Positions 1 to 9,325 of a stretch of 64,000 nucleotides of DNA are shown here, piece by piece. The translations under genes and the position numbers were made by a program. Source of the DNA: an uncultured Gemmatimonadales bacterium (GTDB lineage Bacteria; Gemmatimonadota; Gemmatimonadetes; Gemmatimonadales; GWC2-71-9); assembly GCA_963779755.1 (NCBI GenBank), contig CAVZZO010000001.1, positions 64,001-128,000 on the forward strand, in the 5' to 3' direction. The notes below the pieces were generated by a model that searched no databases, was not told where the DNA came from, and was given only the letters and a program-made list of their open reading frames with translations. How positions within the stretch are numbered: position 1 is the stretch's first letter; every line of letters starts with the position of its first letter.

Positions 1-1249
1 GCCGCCCATATGGGGTAAGCCTGCCGTTCTCCACCAGCGCCCGCGCAGTGAGGCGCTGCACCGCCCGCCGGTAGGCGATCCGGTCCAGCGGCACCGGCAG
101 GTCGAGGTCGGCCGCATCTACGCCCATGGCCGCACAGGTGAGCGCCACCCGTTCGGCATCGCCGGCCAGCTGGAATTCGGGCGGGGTGGGCCGCAACTCC
201 TCGAATACCATGCGCCGGTCGCTCAGGATGACCACCTCGCCGTTGGGCACCCGCCCGTGCACCCGGCCCGCCATCTGGAGAATTTCGTTGGCGCCCAGGT
301 GCAGGCGATGCAGCACGTTGCGCCCGCGGTCTACCACGTTGCCGTAGCGCGCGTCGTAGATCACCACCGTGTCCAGTCCGCGTACGTTGAGCGCCGACTG
401 GCCGGCGGCGGTCATAGCCAGCAGGAACGGGTGGGAAACCTCGCCCTCGAGAAAGGGCCGGATGACGCGGATCGGTTCGCCCCCGTGGTAGAACGCCGCG
501 GTGAGCCGCGGCCACCGCTCGCCCAGCCGGAGCGCCAGCTGTTCCACCTCGGCCCGGGTGGGCACAAACACCGCTACGCCCCGCTTCTCCTTGATGACAT
601 GGCGGATGAACCGGTCGTCCAGAAACTCGTCCGGCTTCTGGGCCGCGACCCGCACTCGGGCCCGCAGCGCCGGATCGAAAGCGCTGGTCTCCAGCACCTC
701 GCTGCTGTCGAGATAGCGGGTATAGAAGGAGGGGTCGACCGTGGCGCTGAGCCAGATGAAGCGGCAACCCACCCGCTTCCCCAGGGCCAGGCACAGCTCC
801 AGCTCGGCCGAGGTCTGATGGATCTCGTCCGCCACCAGCGTATCCCGGCCGGTGATGAGATCATCCTGGAACCAGCGGCGGGCGATCCCGGTGGTGACGA
901 TTACCACGTTCCATTCCGGGGTCTCCGGCGTCGCCTCCCGTTCCCGGTTTACCACGCCGACCCGAAGCGGCGCCTGCAGGATGGCCTCGGCGATGGGACG
1001 GATGCCCAGGGTCTTGCCGGTTCCCGTGCCCGCCACGATGCCGAACCCCTTGCCCTCGGCGGCCCAGCGCCGCAGTTCCTCCCCGTGCTGCCGCTCCAGC
1101 ACGGTTTCCAGGTGGAGGTGCATCGCCAGCTCGATGGTCTCGCACGCCGCCCGGGTGGGGGCGATCACGATCACCCGCCCGTGGGGATGGCGGGCGTGGC
1201 GGTAGGCCTGGGGATCGGGCGGGAGGGCGTGATCGCGGGCGGGGCGCAT
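1..1249 (-). CDS. SF2 DExH-box helicase (HrpA/HrpB-like, divergent); runs off the window start
   Basis: Not in the ORF track because its stop lies outside the window. Manual translation from ATG 1249: MRPARDH...GTGTGKT (motif I)...DEIH (II)...SAT (III)...VFVPTR (IV)...QMAGRVHGR (VI-like). Confidence 0.85.
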   Translation of the reverse strand, partial: MRPARDHALPPDPQAYRHARHPHGRVIVIAPTRAACETIELAMHLHLETVLERQHGEELRRWAAEGKGFGIVAGTGTGKTLGIRPIAEAILQAPLRVGVVNREREATPETPEWNVVIVTTGIARRWFQDDLITGRDTLVADEIHQTSAELELCLALGKRVGCRFIWLSATVDPSFYTRYLDSSEVLETSAFDPALRARVRVAAQKPDEFLDDRFIRHVIKEKRGVAVFVPTRAEVEQLALRLGERWPRLTAAFYHGGEPIRVIRPFLEGEVSHPFLLAMTAAGQSALNVRGLDTVVIYDARYGNVVDRGRNVLHRLHLGANEILQMAGRVHGRVPNGEVVILSDRRMVFEELRPTPPEFQLAGDAERVALTCAAMGVDAADLDLPVPLDRIAYRRAVQRLTARALVENGRLTPYGR

Positions 1250-1278
1250 CAATGGAACCTAAGCGAACCGAAGACACA

Positions 1279-1352
1279 GGGGAGAAGGGACAAGGGACAG
1301 GGGACAAGGGGTGGAGTTCGTGGCTCCTGTCCCTTGTCCCCTGTCCCCTGCC
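1279..1352. repeat. Inverted array of 7-nt tandem repeats (GGGACAR)n ... (YTGTCCC)n
   Basis: gggagaa-gggacaa-gggacag-gggacaa followed by cctgtccc-ttgtccc-ctgtccc; can fold into a long hairpin just after the M16 peptidase stop. Confidence 0.85.
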
Positions 1353-1360
1353 TTCCAGTC

Positions 1361-4174
1361 CTAGGGCGTCGCTTCCGGCGCCTTCTTCTTGAAGTCACCC
1401 GCCTTCACGACCGTGAGTCGCGCCGGATCGAGGTACTTCTGCAACGCCTGCTGGATGTCCGCCGGCGTGAGCGCCTTGACCTTCCGTTCCATCGCGGCGT
1501 CCCAGGCCATGGTCCGGTCAAGGAAGAGCTGGTTGGCGAGACTGCCCGCCAGCTCGCGGTCCTGCGAACGGCTCACCTCGCGCGACTGCAGGTAGCCCTC
1601 CTTGGCCCTGGTCACCTCCTCCGGCGTGAACCCGTTCTTCACGGCCCGGGCGATCTCCTCGCGCATGGCCGTTTCCACCTTGTCCACGTTCTGCGGGGCA
1701 AAGATGGCATAGGCCTGGAAAATCCCGGTGGTGTCGATGGAGTTGGCGCCCAGTCCGGAGCCGACGCCGTAACTCAACCCTTCCTTCTGGCGAATGCGCA
1801 CCGCCAGCCGGGAATTGAGGAACCCGCCGCCCAGCATGTAGTTGCCCAGCACCAGGGCGGGATACTCCGGATTGTCGTCCCGGACGTGGAGGTTCTCGCC
1901 CACCAGCATGAAGGCGTTGGCCTTGTCGGGCGTGTCGATGCTGAGGGTCGTGGGCGGCGCGTCGTAGAACTCCGACGGCACCCGATCATACGACTTGGGG
2001 CTCTTCCAGCCCTGGAAAGCGTCGGCGACAATCTGCCGCACCGCGGTGCTGTCGAAGTCGCCCACCACGGCGATCTCGCCGGCGCCCAGGCCGTAGAAAT
2101 CCTGATAGAACTGCTTGACGTCATCCAGCCGCGCGTCGGTAATGGACTGGACCTGCTCCTCGGTGGTTTCCGCGTAGCGCGGATCGCCCTTGGGATAGTC
2201 CTGCAGATGCCGCCGGAACGCCTCGAACCCGCGGGCAACCGGCTCGCTCTTCTGGGATTCGAGCTGCGAGAGGCGCTCCTGCTTCAGCTCGTCGAATTCC
2301 TTGGCGTCGAAGGCGGGCTCCTTCAGCACCTCGGCCATGAGCCGCACGGCGGCCGGGAGATTCTCGCGCGTCGTCTCGATGGTCGCGGTGGCGCCGCTGA
2401 CGCTGCCGCTGATCAACGCGCGCGCCTTCAGGCGGTCGAACTCGTCCTTGATCTGCTGGCGGGTGTGATGCTGCGTCCCCCGCATCAACATGTCGCCGGC
2501 CAGGTCGCCCGCCGTCTCCCGGTTCATCAGGGCTGGCAGGCTGCCGAAGTGCAGCGACATCCGCAACTGCACCGAGTTGCCCCGGGTCTGCTTGGGCAGG
2601 AACGCGACCTTCAGGCCGCTCGCCAGGGTATCCCGGCGGGTGCGCCGGTCGATGTTCTGCGGAGACGGATCGAACGCCTCACCCTGGGCGAGAGTCGTAT
2701 CGCCCTTGTAGTCCTTCACCAGGGCGGCGACATCCGGCACCGGCGGGATCACCGCGCGGTCGGGCTTGGGCGTCGGGATGAACATGCCCAGCGTGCGGTT
2801 GGACGGTTTGAGGTAGGCCCGCGCCACCCGGAGCACATCGTCCGGCGTCACCTTCCGGATGCGGTCCCGGTTGATGAAGATGAGCCGCCAGTCGCCCATG
2901 GACCCCCACTCCGACAGATCCAGCCCCACCCGGTCGGAGGCGTTGAGCTCGAGGTCGACGTTCTTGAGCAGCGTTGCCTTGGCCCGGTCCACTTCCTCCG
3001 CCGTGGGCGGATTGGTCACCACGTCGTTCAGCGCCTGCTCCATGGCGACCCGGGCCGAGTCCAGCGACTGCTCCTGCCGGACCTGGGCATAGGCCAGCAG
3101 CACCCCCGGCTCCTTCAACTGGAAATCGAACGCGCCCGTCTCGGCGGCCAGTTTGGGCTCCACCAGCGCCTTGTAGAGGCGGCCTGAGGGGGCGTTCCCC
3201 AGCACCTGAGACAGCACGTCCACCGCGGCAAAGTCCGAGTCGGACCCGGCCGGCACATGGTATACCGCCATCGCGACCTGGACATCACCCACCCGGCGCA
3301 GCGTGACCGAACGCTCCCCGTCCTGGGTCGGCTCGGCGGTATAGGTGGGGTAGATCTTGTTGGCGCCGGTCCGGTCGGGACGGGGAATGGCCCCGAATTT
3401 CTTGACGATGAGCGCCAGCGTCCGGGCCGGGTCGAACTTGCCGGCCACCACCAGCTGCGCGTTATCCGGCTGGTAGTACTTGTGGTAGAAGGCCTGCAGC
3501 CGCTCGATGGGTACGTCCTCGATGTCCGAGCGGGCGCCGATGGTGGACTTGCCGTAGTTGTGCCACAGGAAGGCGGTGGAGAGGGTACGCTCCATGAGCA
3601 CGCCGAACGGGTCATTCTCGCCCGACTCGTACTCGTTCCGCACCACCGTCATTTCCGATTCGAGGTCCTTCTTGGCCACATAGCTGTGGGTCATGCGGTC
3701 GGCCTCGAGATCCAGCGCCCAGGCCAGGTTGCTGTCGGTGGCGGCGAAGGTCTCGAAGTAGTTGGTCCGGTCAAACCAGGTGCTCCCGTTGGGCCGGGCC
3801 CCATGCTCGGTCAGTTCCTGGGGGATGTCGGGATGATTCGGCGTCCCCTTGAACACCATGTGCTCCAGCAGGTGGGCCATGCCCGTCTCGCCGTATCCCT
3901 CGTTCCGGGAGCCGACGAAATAGGTGATGTTCACCGTGGCGGTCTGCTTGGACTGGTCGGGAAACAGCAGCACGATGAGCCCGTTGGGCAGCGTGTACTG
4001 GGTAATACCTTCGACGGTCGGGCCCTTGACTGCGCCGTTCTGCGACCGGGCCGCCGGGCGCGCCTTGGCAGCCGGTTGCTGGGCGGCGGCGGGCAGAGAC
4101 GCCGCCACGACCAGTGACAGAACCAGCGCCGCGCGAACGCGGAATGAGCCGGACGTCCCTCTGAATATGGACAT
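1361..4174 (-). CDS. M16 family zinc peptidase (PqqL/pitrilysin-like), exported
   Basis: Inverted zinc motif HLLEH in GMAHLLEHMVFKG, NGSTWFDRTNYF, second M16 half with RQKEGLSYG; signal peptide; CAGGAG upstream of ATG 4174. Confidence 0.93.
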   Translation of the reverse strand: MSIFRGTSGSFRVRAALVLSLVVAASLPAAAQQPAAKARPAARSQNGAVKGPTVEGITQYTLPNGLIVLLFPDQSKQTATVNITYFVGSRNEGYGETGMAHLLEHMVFKGTPNHPDIPQELTEHGARPNGSTWFDRTNYFETFAATDSNLAWALDLEADRMTHSYVAKKDLESEMTVVRNEYESGENDPFGVLMERTLSTAFLWHNYGKSTIGARSDIEDVPIERLQAFYHKYYQPDNAQLVVAGKFDPARTLALIVKKFGAIPRPDRTGANKIYPTYTAEPTQDGERSVTLRRVGDVQVAMAVYHVPAGSDSDFAAVDVLSQVLGNAPSGRLYKALVEPKLAAETGAFDFQLKEPGVLLAYAQVRQEQSLDSARVAMEQALNDVVTNPPTAEEVDRAKATLLKNVDLELNASDRVGLDLSEWGSMGDWRLIFINRDRIRKVTPDDVLRVARAYLKPSNRTLGMFIPTPKPDRAVIPPVPDVAALVKDYKGDTTLAQGEAFDPSPQNIDRRTRRDTLASGLKVAFLPKQTRGNSVQLRMSLHFGSLPALMNRETAGDLAGDMLMRGTQHHTRQQIKDEFDRLKARALISGSVSGATATIETTRENLPAAVRLMAEVLKEPAFDAKEFDELKQERLSQLESQKSEPVARGFEAFRRHLQDYPKGDPRYAETTEEQVQSITDARLDDVKQFYQDFYGLGAGEIAVVGDFDSTAVRQIVADAFQGWKSPKSYDRVPSEFYDAPPTTLSIDTPDKANAFMLVGENLHVRDDNPEYPALVLGNYMLGGGFLNSRLAVRIRQKEGLSYGVGSGLGANSIDTTGIFQAYAIFAPQNVDKVETAMREEIARAVKNGFTPEEVTRAKEGYLQSREVSRSQDRELAGSLANQLFLDRTMAWDAAMERKVKALTPADIQQALQKYLDPARLTVVKAGDFKKKAPEATP

Positions 4175-4250
4175 AGGTGCTCCTGGTGAGGCTCGTAACC
4201 TGTTACGGAATACAGTCAAGAAAGGGTCCCGGACCGGATGCCGCAAGCAC

Positions 4251-4279
4251 AAACAAATAGCCCCGCTTGCGCGGGGCTA
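4251..4279 (-). terminator. Intrinsic terminator closing the predicted sRNA
   Basis: 9-bp stem with GCAA tetraloop followed by a U-rich tract on the minus strand. Confidence 0.7.
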
Positions 4280-4402
4280 CTCGAACCTCGGGCGGGGAGC
4301 CCGGGTTTGTTGAGCCGGCCGGTACAGCTTGGCCGCAACAGGAGGGATAAATGGCCGGCTCATTTGTGTCGCCGGCGCCCGAAGGCGCCGGAACCAACTG
4401 AA
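4251..4402 (-). ncRNA. Predicted structured small RNA (four hairpins), family unknown
   Basis: Minus strand: CCGGCGCC-UUCG-GGCGCCGG; UGAGCCGGCC...GGCCGGCUCA with AUCCCUCCUG in the loop; AACCCGGGC-UCCCC-GCCCGAGGUU; UAGCCCCGC-GCAA-GCGGGGCUA then UUUGUUUG. A sigma54 motif sits about 12 nt upstream. Confidence 0.7.
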
Positions 4403-4412
4403 TTGATCTATC

Positions 4413-4429
4413 TGCCAACTGCGTGCCAG
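4413..4429 (-). promoter_or_regulatory. Sigma54 -24/-12 promoter
   Basis: Minus strand CTGGCACGCAGTTGGCA: exact GG-N10-GC spacing with a TGGCACG -24 box. Confidence 0.7.
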
Positions 4430-4686
4430 ATCGCCATCTCGTTCCTCCGGCAGCAGATACGTGTGAGGGGGCTGGCCGGGACCCGTCCGCCGGTCTGGAC
4501 ATTTGAGGCGTCCGTCCGTCCACTACAGGACGGTGGATCCGGCCTGAACTCCTGCAGCCGCCCCTACACCCTGTTTGATGCCTGTCCGGCGGACAGGGTT
4601 GCATGTGCTATCCTCCGTAAGATTGCGGACTTGCACCCCGCTATATTGCCGGGAAGAACACCGCGCGGGACTACTCCTCTCTTGGC

Positions 4687-5202
4687 ATGAGGCACGGCGT
4701 GGATACGGCCTTCAGCGTCACCGTCAGCAAGGACTACCTGGCATTCTCGTCGGCGCATTTCATCACCTTCGCCGGCCATCAGTGCGAGTCCCTCCACGGG
4801 CACAATTACCGGGTAGGCGTCACCGTCGGCGGGGCAGTCGACCCGGAGTGCGCGTTCGTGGTGGACTTCAGCATCCTGAAACAGATCGTCCGGCAGCTGG
4901 TCCATCCCTGGGATCACCGGGTACTTCTCCCCACCGGAAGCGCCAAGCTCGTGTTCCAGGAGGAGGGCGAGCACCTGGTGGTGGACTACCTGGGACGGCG
5001 CCGGTTTCTCTTTCCCCGTGGCGACTGCGCCCTCATCCCCATCAGCAATACCACCGCCGAGATGCTGGCCGAGCTTCTGGCACGCCAGGTCCGCGAGGCC
5101 TTCATCGAGCGGGGAGTGACCAACCTCACCTCCATCGAGATCGAGGTCGAGGAGAGCCCGGGCCAGGCGGCCGTCTACCGCATCGCGGCGGGACCGGCAT
5201 GA
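4687..5202 (+). CDS. queD: 6-pyruvoyl/6-carboxy-tetrahydropterin synthase family (COG0720), PTPS-I/III-type motif
   Basis: FSSAHF, CESLHGHNY, VDFSILK, DHR, NTTAE, VEESP motifs. Start could instead be GTG 4699. Confidence 0.85.
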   Translation: MRHGVDTAFSVTVSKDYLAFSSAHFITFAGHQCESLHGHNYRVGVTVGGAVDPECAFVVDFSILKQIVRQLVHPWDHRVLLPTGSAKLVFQEEGEHLVVDYLGRRRFLFPRGDCALIPISNTTAEMLAELLARQVREAFIERGVTNLTSIEIEVEESPGQAAVYRIAAGPA

Positions 5203-5218
5203 GCCCCAAGGAGAGCCC

Positions 5219-5575
5219 ATGACAGCAAAAGAGCGGGTCTACGGCAGGGAGGAGATCGCCGCCGAACTGAAACCCCTGAGCGGCTGGCAGGTGGAGGACG
5301 GAGCGCTGGCCCGGCATTACACCACTCGCGGCTGGCCTGCCACGCTCATGCTGGTCAACGCCATCGGGTGGATCTGCGAGTCGGCCGACCATCATCCCGA
5401 CCTGGCGGTCGGCTACAACTCGGTAGGTGTGCGCCTCTCGACCCACAGCGCCGGCGGCATCACCGCCAAGGATCTGGAGGTGGCGCGCCTGATCGAGCAG
5501 ACCGCCCTCTGGCGCCCACCGGAGGGAAGCGCGCTCCGGGGCGCTCCCGAACCGTTGATCAGAGAAGAGGCCTGA
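5219..5575 (+). CDS. Pterin-4-alpha-carbinolamine dehydratase
   Basis: DHHPDL catalytic motif and LSTHSAGGITAKDL. Confidence 0.92.
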   Translation: MTAKERVYGREEIAAELKPLSGWQVEDGALARHYTTRGWPATLMLVNAIGWICESADHHPDLAVGYNSVGVRLSTHSAGGITAKDLEVARLIEQTALWRPPEGSALRGAPEPLIREEA

Positions 5576-5599
5576 GCTGGAACCGGCGGCCCGTTTCTC

Positions 5600-6187
5600 T
5601 CAGTCCTTTTCCCTCGGTCCTGCTTCATACACTTCCGACTCGGTCAGCACGGTCGTCATGCGGATATCCCCGGGCCCCACCGGTACTTCGGAGAACACCT
5701 GGCTCCGGTAAGCCAACGCGATGAACGGCGTGCCCGGACGGGCCCTGGCCAGCAGCCGGTCGTAGTACCCTTTCCCGTAGCCTACCCGTCCACCCGCGGG
5801 ATCGAACGCCAGCCCCGGCACCACGTAGAGATCCACCGCCTCCGGAGGGCATTGCCGCGCCGGATCCGCCAGCACCGCCGCCACCGGCTCCAGCAGCCCG
5901 AACGCGGCCGGCGCAAGCTCCTCAAGGCCGGTGATCCGGTACAGCGCCAGGTCGCCGCCGTGGGTACGCGGCACCGCCACGGCAGTGCCCTGACGCAGGG
6001 TCTGTTCGATGAGGGGCTGCGTCGGCACTTCATCGCCCACGCCCACGTAGAAGGACACCACCCGGGCCCGGCGGAATTCGGCGCGCTCCAGCAGCCGCTC
6101 CCCGATGCGCCGGTTCTTGTCGTCCCTGTCCCGCTCGGCGCTACGTGCGGCCAGCGCGGCCTGGCGCACGGCGGCTTTGCCGGTCAT
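5600..6187 (-). CDS. 5-formyltetrahydrofolate cyclo-ligase
   Basis: C-terminal part of ORF 5600-7702, from ATG 6187 (ATGA overlap with the upstream stop); FGLLEP and VVPGLAFD..GGRVGYGKGYYDR signature. Confidence 0.93.
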   Translation of the reverse strand: MTGKAAVRQAALAARSAERDRDDKNRRIGERLLERAEFRRARVVSFYVGVGDEVPTQPLIEQTLRQGTAVAVPRTHGGDLALYRITGLEELAPAAFGLLEPVAAVLADPARQCPPEAVDLYVVPGLAFDPAGGRVGYGKGYYDRLLARARPGTPFIALAYRSQVFSEVPVGPGDIRMTTVLTESEVYEAGPREKD

Positions 6188-8241
6188 GGCTGAAGACCCA
6201 GTTCCTGGAAGAGGAAGGACCAGACGTCGGTCAGTTCGTCCAGCACCTTGGCCAGCGGCTTGCCGGCACCGTGCCCCGCCTGGGTTTCCAGACGGAGCAG
6301 CACCGGATGCGCCGAGCCGGTGGCGGCCTGCAGCCGGGCGGTCATCTTGCGAGCGTGCATCGGGTCCACCCGGGTATCGCTCTCGGCGGTGGCCAGCAGC
6401 ACCGCCGGATACGGGGTCCCTTCCCGGACGTGATGATAAGGCGAATAGGCCCGGAGCCAGGCGAACTGCGCCGGGTCGTCGGGCGAACCGTATTCCGGGA
6501 TCCAGAGGCGGGCAATGAGGAACCGGTGGAACCGCAGCATGTCCAGCAGCGGCACCTGGATGACGACGGCGCGGAAGAGATCGGGCCGCTGCGTCAGCGC
6601 CGCGCCCATCAGCAAGCCGCCGTTGGACCCGCCCGCGATCGCCAGGTGCCGGGCCGTGGTATAACCCTCGGAGACGAGATACTCCGCGGCCGCGATGAAA
6701 TCGTCGAAGCTGTTCTGCTTCTGCCCCAGCATGCCGCCCTGGTGCCAGGCCTCGCCGTACTCGCCGCCGCCCCGCAGGTTGGGTACCGCCAGCACGCCCT
6801 CGTGCTCCAGCCAGAGAAAGAGCGACCGGCTGAAGGCCGGCGTCATGCTGATATTGAACCCGCCGTATCCGGTCAGATAGACCGGGCGGCGGCCGTCCCG
6901 CTCCAGGCCTTTCCGGTGTACCAGGAACATGGTGACCGGCGTCCCGTCGTGCGAGCGAAAACGCACCTGCCGGGTTTCGTAGCGCTCGCTGGCGATATCG
7001 GTCTCGACCCGGCGCCAGAGCCCCAGCTCGCCGCTCGCCAGATCCAGCCGGTAGATGGTAGGGGGCACGATATACGACGAAAAGCCGAGGAATGCCTCCG
7101 TCCCCTCCGGCTCCGCGCCGATTCCGCCCAGGCTGCCGTGGGCCGGCAGGGGGATTTCCTGCTGGTCTCCGCCGTCCAGCCCGCACACCCGCAGCCGGGA
7201 CACCGCGCGCTCGAGATAGCTCAGCACCAGGTGGTCGCGGGCCACCACCACACCCTCCAGCACCGCCTCGGGGCGCGCGGGAACGATTTCCCGCCAGTGT
7301 TCCCGGCCCGGCATGGTGGGAAGCGTCTGGTACAGCCGGTAGGTGGCGGCGTCGAGATTGGTGCGGATAAAGAGCCGGTCGTGCGCCACCTGGGCCTCGA
7401 ACAGCGCGGGCAGATCCTGCACCACCGGGCTGAGGGCCTGCTCGCCGGCGGTATCGGCCAGGTAGATGTCGGTCTGATCGAAGGTCCGTGCCACGATGAC
7501 TACCAGCCAGCGCCCGTCGGGCGAGAGCCCGACGCCGGGCCAGTGTTCCTTTTCCGCCGGCCGGAATACCAGACGGTCGTGCGCCGGATCGTCCCCCAGC
7601 CGGTGCAGCCACACCGAGCGGTGATAATGCTCGTCGCCCTCGGGCACGGTCCCCGGCGCGGGGTAACGGGTGTAGTAGAAGGCCGACGCGTCGGGCAGCC
7701 ACGCCAGATCGGCGGCGCGGGTATGCGGAATCCTGTCGGCGAGCGCGCGGCCGGAGCCCACTTCCAGCAGGTGGAGCACGCTCGCCTCGCTGCCGTCCTC
7801 CGACAGGCCGTAGGCCAGGAAGCGCCCGTCGTCGCTGGGATAGTACCAGTCGAGCGCCGTGGTTCCGGCCGGGTTCAGCCGGTTCGGGTCCACCAGCACG
7901 CGGTCGTCGCCCTGCACTCCCTCCCGAACGTAGAGTACCGGCTGATTCTGGGCGCCCTCCCGCAGCAGATAGAAATACCGCCCCCGCGCGGGCGTGGGCG
8001 TCCCGATGGTCCCGATACTGAGCAGCGACTCGAGCCGGGCGCGGAGCCGTGCCCGGCCCGGGAATGCATCCAGCCGGCTGCGGGTGAAGGCGTTCTGGGC
8101 GGCGGTCCAGCGGCGGGTCTCTTCGCTGTCGCCCGCCTCCAGCCAGCGGTAGGGATCGACCACCGCGGTGCCATGCAGCACCTCGCTGACCGGCCGGACC
8201 TCGGTGGGAGGGAAGGCGGGGCGGGCGGGCCTGTCAGTCAC
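6184..8241 (-). CDS. Prolyl oligopeptidase (S9A)
   Basis: [27 protein letters not shown] nucleophile, DTRV, AGHG. Confidence 0.96.
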   Translation of the reverse strand: MTDRPARPAFPPTEVRPVSEVLHGTAVVDPYRWLEAGDSEETRRWTAAQNAFTRSRLDAFPGRARLRARLESLLSIGTIGTPTPARGRYFYLLREGAQNQPVLYVREGVQGDDRVLVDPNRLNPAGTTALDWYYPSDDGRFLAYGLSEDGSEASVLHLLEVGSGRALADRIPHTRAADLAWLPDASAFYYTRYPAPGTVPEGDEHYHRSVWLHRLGDDPAHDRLVFRPAEKEHWPGVGLSPDGRWLVVIVARTFDQTDIYLADTAGEQALSPVVQDLPALFEAQVAHDRLFIRTNLDAATYRLYQTLPTMPGREHWREIVPARPEAVLEGVVVARDHLVLSYLERAVSRLRVCGLDGGDQQEIPLPAHGSLGGIGAEPEGTEAFLGFSSYIVPPTIYRLDLASGELGLWRRVETDIASERYETRQVRFRSHDGTPVTMFLVHRKGLERDGRRPVYLTGYGGFNISMTPAFSRSLFLWLEHEGVLAVPNLRGGGEYGEAWHQGGMLGQKQNSFDDFIAAAEYLVSEGYTTARHLAIAGGSNGGLLMGAALTQRPDLFRAVVIQVPLLDMLRFHRFLIARLWIPEYGSPDDPAQFAWLRAYSPYHHVREGTPYPAVLLATAESDTRVDPMHARKMTARLQAATGSAHPVLLRLETQAGHGAGKPLAKVLDELTDVWSFLFQELGLQP

Positions 8242-9313
8242 CCAGACTGATTCCCAGATCGCGGGCCGTCTGGATGGTATCGCAATCCAGGGGGACGCTC
8301 TTGCAGCGCCCGACCACCCGTTCCAGCGGCACCCGTTCGATGCCCGGCGGGTTCAACGCCACCATGCAGCCGAAGGCGCCGTCGGCCACCGCGCGCACCG
8401 CCGCCGCGCCGAACCGGAGCCCCAGCAGACGATCGAACGTGGTGGGTGATCCGCCCCGCTGCAGGTGACCCAGCACCAGGCTGCGTACCTCCTTGCCGGT
8501 CCCCTCCTGGATCTCGCGCGCGACCAGGCTGCCGATGCCGCCCAGCCGGTCGGCGGCGCCGATCCGGCGCCGCTCCTGGAACACCGCCGAGCCTCCCTTG
8601 GGCGTGGCGCCCTCGGCCACGACCACGATAGAGAAGTGGCGGCCCTCTTCCTCCCGCTGGCGGATCTTCTGGCAGACGCGCTCGATATCGAAGGGGATCT
8701 CCGGCAGCAGGATCACGTCGGCGGTGGCGGAGACCCCGCTGTTGAGGGCGATCCAGCCGGCATCGCGCCCCATCAGTTCCACCACCATCACCCGCTCGTG
8801 GCTCTCGGCCGTGGAATGCAGCTTGTCGATGGCCTCGGTGGCCGTGCTCACCGCGGTATCGAACCCGAAGGTCGCCAGCGTCTCGACCACGTCGTTGTCG
8901 ATGGTCTTGGGCACCCCCACCACCGGCAAGCCCTTGCGATAGAGGTCGTGGGCGATGGCCAGGCTGCCGTCGCCGCCGATGGAAATCAGCGCGTCGAAAC
9001 CGCTGGCGCTGAAGGCGGCGATGAGATCGTCGGAACGATCGACTTCCGTCTCGTTCCCCTGTTCGTCCCGGTGGACCCAGCGGAAGGGATTGCCCCGGCT
9101 GGTGGTTCCCAGGATGGTCCCGCCCAGGTGGGTGATTCCCCGGACCTCCCGGGGGCCCAGTTTCATGACGCCTTCGTGGCCCAGCAGTCCGTCGTACCCC
9201 CGGCGGATCCCGTAACACTGCCACCCGCGGTGGTGGGCGGAGAGGACGATGGCCCGGATGACGGCGTTGAGGCCGGGTGCGTCTCCCCCGCCGGTCGAGA
9301 TGGCAATGCGCAT
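8234..9313 (-). CDS. pfkA: 6-phosphofructokinase (PfkA family, group III type)
   Basis: TGGGDAPGLN, GGTILGT, GGDGS, PKTIDND, MGRDAG, LGHLQRGG. Confidence 0.94.
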   Translation of the reverse strand: MRIAISTGGGDAPGLNAVIRAIVLSAHHRGWQCYGIRRGYDGLLGHEGVMKLGPREVRGITHLGGTILGTTSRGNPFRWVHRDEQGNETEVDRSDDLIAAFSASGFDALISIGGDGSLAIAHDLYRKGLPVVGVPKTIDNDVVETLATFGFDTAVSTATEAIDKLHSTAESHERVMVVELMGRDAGWIALNSGVSATADVILLPEIPFDIERVCQKIRQREEEGRHFSIVVVAEGATPKGGSAVFQERRRIGAADRLGGIGSLVAREIQEGTGKEVRSLVLGHLQRGGSPTTFDRLLGLRFGAAAVRAVADGAFGCMVALNPPGIERVPLERVVGRCKSVPLDCDTIQTARDLGISLGD

Positions 9314-9325
9314 GACGGCCGAGTC

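Noticed and set aside
257..3187. 976 aa plus-strand ORF, and similar long antisense ORFs (6145-8250, 37107-39683, 47908-50478, 53260-55191, 55037-57199)
   Set aside because: They mirror well-supported genes on the other strand, have no recognisable motifs, and are expected from stop-poor GC-rich codon use.
4270..4320. tRNA-like GGTTCGAG on the minus strand
   Set aside because: No cloverleaf, acceptor stem or anticodon arm; it is the junction of two hairpins of the predicted sRNA.
4280..4365. CsrB/RsmZ-like plus-strand RNA with GGA loops
   Set aside because: Few GGA motifs, and the promoter, UUCG and GCAA tetraloops and U tract all point to the minus strand.
5600..7702. 700 aa ORF as a large cyclo-ligase fusion; likewise 60385-62379, 31186-32811 and 59046-59741
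   Set aside because: The N-terminal extensions are off-frame shadows of the upstream genes; real starts overlap the upstream stop codons.
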